From Octopus sinensis (Eukaryota): DNA of 64,000 bases. A program made the position numbers and the translations under genes. The DNA is taken from the NCBI RefSeq assembly GCF_006345805.1, contig NC_043004.1:72044001-72108000 (forward strand), given 5' to 3'. Below the pieces are notes generated by a model. It ran no database searches. It saw only the letters and a program-made list of their open reading frames with translations, and was not told where the DNA came from. Positions 9,845 to 22,229 of this stretch are shown here, one piece after another (the first letter of the stretch is position 1; each line of letters opens with the position of its first letter).

Positions 9845-12325
9845 CTATACGTGAAAATATTTGCATGCAGCTGTGTGAATATAAAAGAAGGAAAAATAGC
9901 GCACGGACCACTGAAAGACAATATGCGGATGTGGTGCGCGGTAACCCAACAAATGGCCAGCTTCACCCAGATTAGAGAAGGTCAGCAGCTGAACAGCAAT
10001 CTTTTTTGTGCATGGCACAAAAAATTGTTCAGCAGCTGACATGGCTACAAGCACAAAGCTGGAACTACCACCACATAAGGCCACCACCAACAGATGCAGG
10101 ATGGCCACCACAGACACCAACACCAACCCACAGACCACAAAAATATTTCTACTGAACGTAGGAGGGCTGCTACGCGGCAACTGTAAAAGGAAAATTTCAT
10201 TCCTGAGAGACCTTGTGACATGCAATCAAGCTATATGCATGGCACTCACAGAAACGCATCTTGGACCCGATATAGGGGATGCAGAAATACACATACCGCA
10301 ATATGCAGTCATACGCGCAGATAGAAAACGGAGGAGCCATGGTGGAGTTGCAATGTACATCCGAGATGACCTCAAGCCCCAGGTCCTGTTGTCATATTCA
10401 AACTCAGTGTGTGACACTCAAATTGTACACATAAGACAACTGAATATCGTCATATGCACTACACATCGCCCACAAGATGCCCCAAATCACCCAGGCATGT
10501 TTGAAGACTGCCTAACAAAAATTGAAGAAGTCCTCACCAACCTTGAACAACACACAGTGTATTCTTCATGGGTGACTTTAACTTCCTCAATGTGGAATGG
10601 CCTGGGGGAGGACAGATGCTCTTAGGGATGACACACCATCAGCAGGCACAGGCAGAGTCCCTGCTCCATCTCACAAATGCCTCTTTCATGGAGCAAATAG
10701 TTCTGCAACCAACAAGGGCAGATAATATACTGGATCTCTGCTTCACAAACAGAGCTTTCAGAGCTTTCTTGCAAGTGGTAAGCTCCCACTCAAATTGAAA
10801 GAGGGGGTAATATGCCCTATCCATAAGGGAGGTAGCAGAGCAGATGCTAAAAATTATAGGCCTATCTCTCTGACCTCACACATCAGCAAAGTCATGGAAC
10901 GAATAGTCCGCAAGAAACTAATCATGTTCCTTGAAGAAAATGACTTGCTGTCTGACACCCAGCATGGATTTCGACCAGGTAGAAGCTGCCTAACACAGCT
11001 CCTGCAACACTATGATTGGGTGTTAAAACAGCTACTAAATGGCTCAAATGTGGATGTAATATATCTCGACTTTGCAAAAGCCTTTGATAAAGTCGACCAT
11101 GGTATGATCTGTCACAAACTGCGTGGTCTCGGCATAGGCGGAAAACTTGGAGAGTGGCTGCACAACTTCCTAAAAGACAGAAGACAGGCAGTTGTGAGCA
11201 ATGGAGCCACCTCCAAGGAAACACAAATAACAAGCGGTGTTCCACAGGGCACTGTCTTGGGACCACTGCTGTTCATAGTGGTCCTTTCAGACATGCCTTC
11301 AGTTGCTACGATGGCCAACCTTGCTAGCTATGCAGATGACACTAAAGTCTCCCACACAATATAAAACCCTGAAAATATTGCGCATCTGCAACAGGAGTTG
11401 GATAAAATATACAGGTGCGCGGAGGACAACAACATGCAGTTTAATGCAGGTAAGTTCCAGGCCCTGCGCTACCGGCACACAAAGGTAAACGACGTGCAGA
11501 CTGGATACACTGGCCCAGGAAGAATTGCAATCCCTGAGTCAAAATCAGTGCGTGACCTAGGCATTGACATGAGCAATGATGTATCTTTCCAAGTGCGTAT
11601 TACTAATCTGGTGATAAAATGCAGACGGCTAGCTGGATGGATTCTCCGAACTTTCAGAACAAGAGAGAAGGAGACACTGATGGTCCTCTGGAAAACATTC
11701 GTCCTCAGCCGCTTGGATTACTGCTCCCAACTATGGTCACCACACAATATAAAACTAACAGCAGGACTCGAAGCAATTCAGAGAAGCTACACAAAGAAGA
11801 TCGTCTTAATGCAAAATATCAGCTACTGGGAAAGACTGAAAGTATTAAACCTCTTCTCCCTAGCGCGGAGGCGGGAGAGATATGCGGTGATATACATCTG
11901 GAAAATCCTGGAGGTTCTTGTCCCAAACTTTGGCATTCAAAGTTATCCCAACCGCAGAACGGGGCTCCCCTGCATTGTGCCAAAGATTTCAACATCACCA
12001 TCAAAATACAGGACCAGATACTGCAACAGCTTGGGTTTCAGAGGACCACAGCTCTGTAACATCCTCCCTAAATGCCTGAGAGACTTACATGGTGTGGATG
12101 TGGGTTTCTTTAAAACTAAACTGGATCTCTTCTTGTCGGGAGTCCCAGATGAACCTACCTCACGACCGGAGACGCAGATGCGGGCAGCAACATCGAACTC
12201 CCTTGTTGATCAAGTGCCATGTATCAGAGGTGGATTCACATATTAGTATAGCTCATTCAGCGGTGGTGCCCCAGCATGGCCGCGGCCTTCGGGCTGAAAC
12301 ATTTTTAAGGATTTAAGGATTTATA
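9845..12325 (+). mobile_element. CR1-group LINE (ORF1 tail, AP endonuclease, reverse transcriptase), inactivated
   Basis: APE motifs LNVGGL, ALTETHL, GGVAMY, MGDFN and LDLCFTN; RT motifs NYRPISLTS, QHGFR, YLDFAKAFDKVDH, GVPQGTVLGPLLF and YADD. Frameshift at ~10565, apparent EN-RT linker deletion at ~10755, stop at 11362-11364, (AAGGATTT)n tail. Confidence 0.93.
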
Positions 12326-12521
12326 TATACATATATATATATATCGTTTGTAGAATACATAAATCCGGAGAAGCACACTCTAAGATGTAGAGCGGTATAT
12401 ATCAAAATTGGGGAAAGCAGGCTTATGGGATTACACTGGATTTTTGAAGCGGTCTTAGGCCAACAGGTTTGGGGATACTTTATTAATAAAGCTGCAAAAC
12501 CATCACGGAAACATCACACGA

Positions 12522-12563
12522 AACTGCCACTCAGAGTTTCACGTTCCCGTTCGTCGGGCAGTT
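12522..12563 (-). ncRNA. Minimal hammerhead-like motif with CCGACGA core
   Basis: aacugc-CCGACGA-acg-ggaa-cgu-GAAA-cuc-u-gag-UG-gcaguu. Perfect 6-bp stem I; U4C and H17G deviations from the canonical core. Confidence 0.5.
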
Positions 12564-14426
12564 ATGATCATTTGTATATAATACTTTTAATTGAAGACTG
12601 ATGACAGTGACACACACACTCACATTAACACACACACGCACGCACACATATATTGTAACAGAAATTCAAGTTATCGCCCACCTGTATATTTTATCCAACT
12701 CCTGTTGCAGATGCGCAATATTTTCGATAACTTAAGTACTATTCGCGTACTGGGTCGATCTAATCGACTGGTCCCCTCCCCAAAACTTTAGGCCTTATGC
12801 CTAAAGTAGAAAAGATTATAAGTGCAATGAATTCAAGATTTCTGATCATCGAAGATTAAATAGCTTTAAATTGGAGCAAATTTTGAAAAATCCGAGAAAC
12901 GTGTTCACAAACTTTAATGCGCCTACAATATTTTTATTGTTTTGTTTTAATTTCAGCACACACAGATACTCCATTTTGTCTTCTTTTACTTTGCACATAT
13001 CGACACACGAACATACATGTGTTTACATTAACATTTACAGCAAGGGGCGATTATTTTACAGAGTGTCTTGTAAAAATCCTCAAAACCACCCCATGATTAT
13101 TACTACGATCACGTCTCATCTATTTCCAAATTTAGACATATCTTCCATATAAATGGTTATCTTTTCACTTGTGATGTTATCTGAAGACATTATCACATGC
13201 TACAATCAATATTTCTTTCTCGCCGAATTTCAGCGAGTTTTATTTATAAATAGCTCGTTGACTCACTTTCAATCTCTACAAATAAAATGTTAGCCTCAAC
13301 GTAAGACAGTTTTTGTAAGGTGTTCATTCCGCTACACAGCATTAAAAAATGACCGCACATTACCATATCCTTTTGTACAAAAAAACCCTGAATTTTATTT
13401 TCGAATTCATAGGTAAATTCAAGATATGACAGTGAATCCGAGAACTTTATTGTTGCACAAACCTGTAAAGGAAGATATGATAGCAGACAGTTGCAGATTT
13501 TGTATAATACAACTTCATAACGACTCACCAAATGCATTATTTTAATGTTCTGCCTCTCACATAAACAAATACTAACGATATTTTTCTAGTTCGTTCTATC
13601 ATGTACAACTTTTTGGCTGTAAAATGTTCTTCTAACTTATAAGCAATGACACTGAAGTTTCTATAAACGTACACCATAACAACTGATTATCTGAATTAAA
13701 TAAATGCTATATTGGAAGGTCACATTTATCGTTCTGCATCTTTGTATCATTTACTTTATTTTATCTGGTATTATTTATATCGATTACTCAGGCCTTGTGC
13801 TTATTATAGAAAGGATTATATATAAAGATTACGAAAAAGACACGGACGTTTTATCGAATTAGCTTCGTGTGATCAGTCGCCATATAATTTTGATCACCTC
13901 GACAACCCACAAGTTTATACTTTCTTATTCAAGCAACCGTTGGTAATTATCACTCTTACCTACAACCGAAAATTTTAGATTCGTATAATTAGGCATACTT
14001 AATGTTTCTTACAAACGTATGTATGTGTGTGTGTGTGTGTATGAGAGAGAGTGTATAGATAAAGGATTATGTTTATTTACTATTATATACAAATCCGACA
14101 ATTCTGCCTTTACATCGTCTTGAATGTTGCCCAAAACAGATTTCATGTTGTAGTTACCAATCACGTTCCTGAAGATATCACATCCTTATATCTATTGTCA
14201 TAGTCAACTGTATCACACTGTTAGTATAGGTATATAATTGAATGTAGTTATATGTGTGGAATGTAGTCCATATGATATGTTGTAAATCAGAAAAGAAAAT
14301 TGAAAGAAAGCCTCAGTAAGATAGAAAACCAGTTACCTTGGTCAATGCATTTGTATATCCTATTTTGAGAGAATGACAGCAACTTACTCAACTTTGAAAG
14401 TGTCTGGAGAACATATTCTCTCGGGA

Positions 14427-14526
<100 letters not shown>

Positions 14527-14617
14527 GTAATGAGAATTTACAAAAAGCAAAAGACGAAGACGAGTGTGCAAACAAGAAGCAGATGTATTAGTTTAACGCT
14601 CGGGAAGTGAGAAAGCT

Positions 14618-14651
14618 TTTTACGTTTCGAACATATGCTCTTCGACAGAAA
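14618..14651 (-). ncRNA. Minimal hammerhead-like motif with CUGUCGA core
   Basis: uuu-CUGUCGA-a-gagc-auau-guuc-GAAA-cg-UA-aaa; same repeat family as 21858-21895. Confidence 0.45.
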
Positions 14652-15473
14652 TAAGCAGAGAGAGAAAATAAAAAAAAGGTTTAGTGGTTAGCGATCAATT
14701 GCTGCACTAAATCAGGAGCAACACTACTCTTGATCTCGGCTTTATAAACAACAGGGATTTCATCTACATTGTAAATGTGATATCTATTATTTTACTTCAG
14801 ACCTTACCTTATAACCTTATTTAGCAAAATACAATTCATAAGAAAATTCTGAATTTCGTAAACGATATCTAGCATACATTTCCACGTGGTTCAAGAAAAA
14901 TCAATTTGGGAAAAACCCTTCAAGCAGATCTATTACGAAAAATGTCTGTATACAAAACATCATGAATCTGAAGCAGCCTTATGTTGCTCGTGCAAGTTGC
15001 ATACATTAAATATAACCTAGAGAGAAAAAAAGCAAGTTTACAAACCCAATTTCTGAGCAGTATTTTTTTTTAATGAAAATGATGCAAAATGAATTTCATT
15101 ATATGCAATGGTAGTTTCGAAAACACAGAATTGTAGAAACAATTTCGATCCATATTAATATTAAATCCACTTACCTTTCAAGTAAATCTCCGATTTAATT
15201 AAGATTTATCAATCTTTGCTTTTTCTTTTTTCCAAGTTTGATAAACCTGTTGATATTAAATTTCTTTTCTCTTGCTCCTGACAATTGATGGATAAAATTA
15301 GGAATATTTTACATAGTTTGTGAACCCGGTTGATTTGTTTTACACTAGCTTCAGAAATAATGATGTGCTGTAAAAACAATATCACCAGGTTTATTCCACA
15401 TTCGTAAAGTACGGTCACAGTTTTGGACTTGCTTGATCCTACAATTCCTGAAATAATATTTCAGTTTTCGAAG

Positions 15474-16252
15474 GAGGCGAACTGGTAGAAACGTTACCAC
15501 GCCAGGCGAAATGCTTAGCGGTATTTTGTCTGCGTTACGTTGTGAGTTCAAATTCCGCCGAGGTCGACTTTGCCTTTCATCCTTTCGGGGTTGATAAATT
15601 AAGTACCAGTTACGCACTGGGGTCGATGTAATCGACTTAATACCTATGTCTGTCCTTGTTTGTCCCCTCTGTGTTTAGCCCCTTGTGGGTAATAAAGAAA
15701 TAAATAGGTATTTTGTCTGCGTTACGTTGTGAGTTCAAATTCCGCCGAGGTCGACTTTGCCTTTCATCCTTTCGGGGTCGATAAATTAAGTACCAGTTAC
15801 GCACTAGGGTCGATGTAATCGACTTAATACCTATGTCAGTCCTTGTTTGTCCCCTCTGTGTTTAGCCCCCTGTGGGTAATAAAGAAATAGGTATTTTGTC
15901 TGTCTTTACGTTCTGAGTTCAAATTCCGCCAAGGTCGACTTTGACTTTCAACCTTTCGGGGTCGATTAAATAAGTACCAGTTACTCACTGGTGTCGATAT
16001 AATCGACTTAATCCGTTTGTCTGTCCTTGTTTGTCATCGCTGTGTTTAGCCCCTTGTCGGTAGTAAGGAAATAGATATTTCGTCTGCCGTTACGTTCTGA
16101 CTTTGCCTTTCATCCTTTCGGTGTCGAGGTCGACTTTGCCTTTCATCCTTTCGGTGTCGATAAATTAAGTACCAGTTACGTACTGGAGTTCATCTAATCG
16201 TCTTGACCCCTGCCCACAATTTTTGGGCCTAGTGGCTAGAGCAGAAAAGAAT
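15474..16252 (+). mobile_element. Tandem array of Meta-core SINE units (~185 bp period, about 4 units)
   Basis: Units restart at ~15521, ~15707, ~15890 and ~16073 (GTATTTTGTCTG..TTACGTT.TGAGTTCAAATTCCGCC). Absent from the paralogous site at ~51720-51740. Confidence 0.88.
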
Positions 16253-16939
16253 ACTTCACTCTTCTTGATCAAATTCATCAACATATGTCGTATGATTTTC
16301 TCCTTTTTTGCTATTCAGAAAGCTTTCATATGAAAGTTGCCAGTTTTATCATCAGCTTTGCTAGATAGTTTAACAATCAATATCCAGTTCTGATCAACAA
16401 AGTTCACAAATAAACCAATCAAAAGAATCTACATATATTTATACATTCGGTAACGGAAAGTATTGTCAGCTCGTATAGTATATTGACTATTTTTCTTTTA
16501 CACTTGATAGATTTTTTTCCTTATTGCTGTCGCAAAAGGTGTGGCAAAAGCTACATACAGTAGGAGGTTTAGATATTGATGAAATGAAGGCGTGACTTGT
16601 TTTGTATTCTGGGATGAAATCAGCGCTGCTAATTATCTTCAGTAAGTCAGTTTTGTATTTCGACAGCTTTTACAATCTTCTGTCTTTTAAGTTCCTTTAA
16701 TTTTATCTGACATTTCTTATATTTACTCACAGATCATAGAAATATCTTGTATTTTCTCTTTATTTACCAGTTCCCGATCAATAAATTTCATTAAATTTTA
16801 TATTATTGAATTGGACTGCTTATATACAGTCCACTTCTGGACGAAAGCCGTTAATTAGCACTTCAGCTGACACTGGTTTGATGAGCTTGCTTTTCCACAC
16901 TGGCATCACATGGCTTGGTAAAGGGTGCTTGTACAAAAT

Positions 16940-17110
16940 TAGTTAAATCGATTACATTGACCGCAGTGCTCAATTCGTATTTATTTTATCGACCCCGAAG
17001 TATAAAAGGCAAAGTCCACCTCAACGGATTTTGAACTCAGAATGTAAGGACGTGCTACATACCGCTGAGAGCTTTGCCCGACGTGCTAACAGTTGTACCA
17101 GGTCACCGCT
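16940..17110 (-). mobile_element. Meta-core SINE (mirrored at 19000-19162; paralog at 52553-52725)
   Basis: Reverse complement of the SINE head and core. Confidence 0.8.
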
Positions 17111-17394
17111 TGTTTCTTATATTTTTTTAGTAAATCTTTATTAGTTTTTGTAAATTAACAGTTCTTACATTTATATATTCGATATACATTTGCGCAATTT
17201 TAAATAATATTCCAACAATTTTAATAACTTCTTCAATCACTCTCGTGCATACCTTAGCTCTTGTGATGTACTTTTGATTGATTTGACAACGGATTTCACT
17301 CACGATGAAGCTTAGCTACAAACGCCCTCCTACATAATATATTATTCTCTTCAATTAAACTGTACATAGAGGCCTACATATATAGATGTAATTA

Positions 17395-17432
<38 letters not shown>

Positions 17433-17444
17433 TAGATGTAATTA

Positions 17445-17486
<42 letters not shown>

Positions 17487-18011
17487 GATATAAAATGTGA
17501 TATACGTCAGGTTTTCATGAAAGGCCTGGCTGGAGATTCAAACTTCCGGGGTCTTTCACATGTCTCAGAAAACTGAAAGACCGCTGCAATAAGGGTGTGA
17601 ATCTGAGAGGGGAATATGTTCAGTAAAATCGTAATTAACTGGTCCTCCTGTATTTTCTTTAACCCAAAGCCAGGAACTTTCCAGCACCCCTTCGTGTAGG
17701 CGTGTTTGTGCGTGCCCGCATGCCGCATGCTTAGTAACTGGGGTGTTGCACACAAGACCGTAAGAGTAGAATGTTGAACTTTTGGAATTTTTAAAACTTT
17801 CAATCTTTATAAAATTTATATCTCTAAAACTTTAAAATTTCATGACTCTGAAACCTTCAAATTTTTCGAGCTGCTTTGAGAATTTTTGAGCCGTTGTTAA
17901 TTGTTTTAAAAATTCCAAAAGTTCCTCATTCTACTCTTACGGTCGTTTGTGCAACACCCCAGTTACTAAACTAGGCGCCTCCACGCACGTGGGCACGCAC
18001 AAACACGCCTC

Positions 18012-18210
18012 TACGAGGGGGTGTTGAAAGGTTCCTAGCTTTGGGTAAAAGAAAATACAGGAGGACCAGTTAATTACGATTTTACCGAACATATTCCTCT
18101 CTCAGATTCACACCCTTATTGCAGCAGTCTTTCAATTTTTCTCAGCCATGTGAAAGAATTCGGAACGTTGGACCTCAAGCCAGGCCTTTTGCGAAATATT
18201 CTCGTATATC
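18012..18210 (+). mobile_element. ~200 bp Tc1/mariner-type MITE (mirror copy 17500-17698; third copy 20068-20250)
   Basis: TACGAGGGGGTGTTGAAAGGTTCCTAGC left end and a decayed complementary right end ...CCAGGCCTTT...CTCGTA with TA termini. Confidence 0.65.
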
Positions 18211-18242
18211 ATATTTTATATCACATCATATATGTATATATA

Positions 18243-18396
18243 GTAGCTGTGTGCTAAGTAGCTTGCTTACGAACCTCATGGTTCCGGGTTCAGTTCCACT
18301 GCGTGGCAACATGGGCAAGGTTCTTCTACTATAGCCTCGGGCCGACCAAAGCCTTGTGAGTGGATTTGGTAGACGGAAACTGAAAGAAGCCCGTCA

Positions 18397-18440
<44 letters not shown>

Positions 18441-18445
18441 TGTAG

Positions 18446-18492
<47 letters not shown>

Positions 18493-18750
18493 ATGTATGT
18501 ATGTATGTATGTATGTATATGTGTGTGTATATTTGTGTGTCTGTGTTTGTACACCCAACATCGCTGGACACCTATTGCTGGTGTGTTTACGTCCCCCGTA
18601 ACTTAGCGGTTCGGCAAAAGAGACCGATAGAATAAGTACCAAGCTTACAAAGAATAAGTCCCGGGATCGATTTGTTCAACTAAAGGCGGTGCTCCAGCAT
18701 GGCCACAATCACATGACTGAAACAAGTAAAAGAGAGAGAGTAAAAGAGTA
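18243..18750 (+). mobile_element. tRNA-derived SINE with internal microsatellite and CR1-like 3' tail
   Basis: GGTTCAGTTCC box B, the GTGAGTGGATTTGGTAGACGGAAACTGAAAGAAGCC central segment and the GGCGGTGCTCCAGCATGGCC...CTGAAAC tail; matches 57608-58040. Confidence 0.88.
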
Positions 18751-20271
18751 TATTAATAATTACAGTTGAATTGAAGGGAATAATATTTTATGTGGGAGGA
18801 GATTGGCAGCTAAGGTTCATTGTGAGTGAAATCCGTTGCCAAATCACAAGAATTAACGTATGCTAGCGAGTGATTGAAGAAGTTATAAAAATTGTTGGAA
18901 TATTAGTTAGAATTGTGCAAATGTATATCGAATATATAAATGTAAGAACTGTTAATTTACAAAAACTAATAAAGATTTTCTAAAAAAATATAAGAAATAG
19001 GCGGTGACCTTGTACAACTGTTAGCACGTCGGGCAAAGCTCTCAGCGGTATGTAGCACGTCCTTACATTCTGAGTTCAAAATCCGTTGAGGCGGACTTTA
19101 CCTTTTATACTTCGGGGTCGATAAAATACATACGAATTGAGCACTGCGGTCGATGTAATCGAACTGAACTATTCTTGCACAAGAGCATAAACATCTGCAC
19201 ATTCTGCCAAACAATGTCATGTTAGTGTAGAAAAGCAGGCTTATCAATGCCCGTATCACCTGAAGCGCAAATTTACATCAGACCGTGCTAGGAGAAGATA
19301 TGCTGAGGCTTTCGTCCAGAAATGGACTGTATATAAGCAGTCCAATTCAGTAATGGTTTTCGTCCAGAAATGGACAGGACATAGGCAGTCCAGTTCAGTA
19401 ATATAAAATTTAATGAAATTTATTGATCGGGAATTGGTAAATAAAAGAGAAAATACAAAATAATTGTATGATCTATGAATAAATCTAACAAATGTCAGAA
19501 AAAATTAAGGGAATTTAAAAGACAGAGGATTCAAAATCTCAATGGGTAAATGTCGAAATGCAAAACTGCAATGTCTTGCTGAAAATATTTTGCAGCACTG
19601 ACTTCATCCCAGAATACAAAAGAAGCCACACCTTCATTTCATTAATATCTAAACCTCCTACTGTATGTAGCTTTTGCCACACCTTTTCCGACAGCAATAA
19701 GGAAAAAAACCGATCAAGTCTAAAAGGAAAATAGTCAATATACTATACGGACTGAGAATACTTCCGTTACCAAACGTATAATGGTATATGACTTGTTTTG
19801 ATTGGTTTATTTGTGGACTTTGTTGTTCAGAAGTGGATATTGATTCTGTGGCGGGGGTGTAGCTTTGTAACACCATATCAAGATGCGGACAAGTCAAAAG
19901 GCGTTTTAAAAAAGTTAAAACCATTTAAGATCAAAACAATAAAATGAGAAAAATTCCTTTCAGATTTTTGCTTTTAAGAAATTCAAAAAAACCGCTTAAA
20001 GAAATCATTGTTTAAAGAAAAACGTGTAAACGCTTAATAAACTTCACATATTTCAAACAACATACCCTTACGATGTGGGTGCTTTGGTTAAAAGAAAATA
20101 GAGGAGGATCAGTTAATTACGATTTTATTCAAATTATTCCCATCCGATGCGCACCCTTATTGAAGCAGTCCTTCGGTATTTCTAAGCCATGTGAAAGAAC
20201 ACGGAAGTTTTGACCTCCAGCCAGGCCTTTCGTGAAACCTTCTCGTATATCATATTAGATATCACATATAT

Positions 20272-20345
<74 letters not shown>

Positions 20346-20450
20346 AGATAAGAAAATGGAGAAATACAAACTTTGTTGGGTACTTCACTAGCAGTATATT
20401 GGATATATGTTATCCCATGGAGGGTTGCATTTACAACCCTTATCTCAATT

Positions 20451-20518
<68 letters not shown>

Positions 20519-20520
20519 TA

Positions 20521-20902
20521 TGGAGGTGCAACGGCTCAGTGGTTAGGGCAGTGGACTCGCGGTCGTGTGATTGCTACTCCGATTCGCAGACCGGGCGTTT
20601 TGGGTGTTTATTAAGTGAAAACACCTAAAACTCCTCGAGTCTCCGGCAGGGGGTAGAGGTGAATCATGCTGTACTCTTTCACCACAACTGTCTCTCACTC
20701 TTTCTTCCTGTTTCTGTTGTACCTGTATTTCAAAGGGCCAGCCTTGTCACACTCTGTGTGACCCTGAATCTCCCTGAGAATTACATTAATAGTACACATG
20801 TCTGTGGAGTGCTCAACCACTTGCACGTTAATTTCACGAGCAGGCTGTTCCGGTGATCGTATCAATTGGGACCCACGACGTCGCAGCCGATGGGGTGCCA
20901 CG
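20521..20902 (+). mobile_element. tRNA-derived SINE
   Basis: GGCTCAGTGGTTAGGGCAGTGGACTCGCGGTC head similar to 1983-2100. Confidence 0.75.
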
Positions 20903-20947
20903 ATATATATATATATATATATATATAATACTATACATTTATATGTA

Positions 20948-21029
<82 letters not shown>

Positions 21030-21038
21030 GGTAGATAA

Positions 21039-21110
<72 letters not shown>

Positions 21111-21568
21111 CTATATATGTAGGCTAACTGTACAGTGGTGTCGCTGGTGAACGCATTGAAATGTGAGATGTGAAGGAGTGGCGAGAGATAGGGGTTAGGA
21201 GTTCAGAAGAACAACGAAATATGGGTTAGGAAGTGGAATACAGAAGGAGGATTTAAGGGCTGAGGGAAATTGGAAATTGGCAGATATTAGGTGCTCGTGT
21301 TTGTCCAGTGGAAATGCATGTACAATGAGTGTGTGGGTGTGGAAGTGTGCATGATTGTATGTGGGTGTGTGGATAATTGTGTGCGGACGTGTGGATTCTA
21401 ATAAAAACAGTTTATATCAAGCAAAACAATTAGTTGAAAGTTTTGGGGATTTTTTTTCATACTTTAAACATGAGTCATTGGAGACAAAAACGTCCTTCTC
21501 TTTACACCGTCATCATAAAGAATCTATAGTTTTCTGTTTGCATCCATATCTGAAATTATAAACATATA

Positions 21569-21638
<70 letters not shown>

Positions 21639-21665
21639 TGTGTATGTGTATATATATGTATGTAC

Positions 21666-21726
<61 letters not shown>

Positions 21727-21857
21727 AGTGTGCGCGTGTGTGTGTGCTTATACACACATATACAGTTTAAATTAAGTTTATAAAAAACAAAAGACGAAGA
21801 CAATTGTATGAACAACAAGCGAATGTATTAGTGAGACGCTCGGGAAAATTGAAAACG

Positions 21858-21895
21858 TCTTTTACGTTTCGAGCCTACGCACTTCAACAGAAAGA
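21858..21895 (-). ncRNA. Minimal hammerhead-like motif with CUGUUGA core
   Basis: ucuuu-CUGUUGA-a-gugc-guag-gcuc-GAAA-cg-UA-aaaga; 5-bp stem I, palindromic ACGU stem III. Confidence 0.5.
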
Positions 21896-22229
21896 GATAA
21901 GAGAAAATAAATAGACACAGAATAATAAAACTTGTTCATATCAGCGGTCCAGCATGGAAAAATATATGTGTGTGTGTGTATTTGTGAATACAAATCTATA
22001 TATCTATATATATATCGATATATATTTATGTGTGTGTGTGTGTATGTGTGTGTATATATGTATGTGTGTATTTGCATATATGTATTTCGCACAATGTGGT
22101 AGCGTGACTTATTTGATTCTTTGAATCACAAGCACAGACTTAATAGAAGCTTTGAGAGTCATCAAACAAAGAATTCTTTAAAGTGTCATTTCATTTCAGT
22201 CCGGATACTTATTGATCAGACCTCTTATA

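Larger units (their letters stand above)
14830..17400. pseudogene. Decayed unidentified block B (copy 1), interrupted by a SINE array
   Basis: Colinear homology with ~51070-53010, an inverted copy at ~18755-19850, and more distant inverted similarity to block C. Confidence 0.45.
16375..19848. repeat. ~3.5 kb decayed palindrome (inverted duplication) centred near 17850
   Basis: 17486-17800 is the reverse complement of 17902-18222, and 16375-17365 is the reverse complement of 18762-19848. A SINE at 18243-18750 is present in the right arm only. Confidence 0.85.

Noticed and set aside
13244-13537. Minus-strand 97-aa ORF with a superficial LRR-like look
   Set aside because: No repeated LxxLxLxxN pattern, no splice support, and no paralog recognised.
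15474-16252. Regular repeats as a CRISPR-like array
   Set aside because: These are whole ~185 bp SINE units with no unique spacers, in eukaryotic context with no cas genes.
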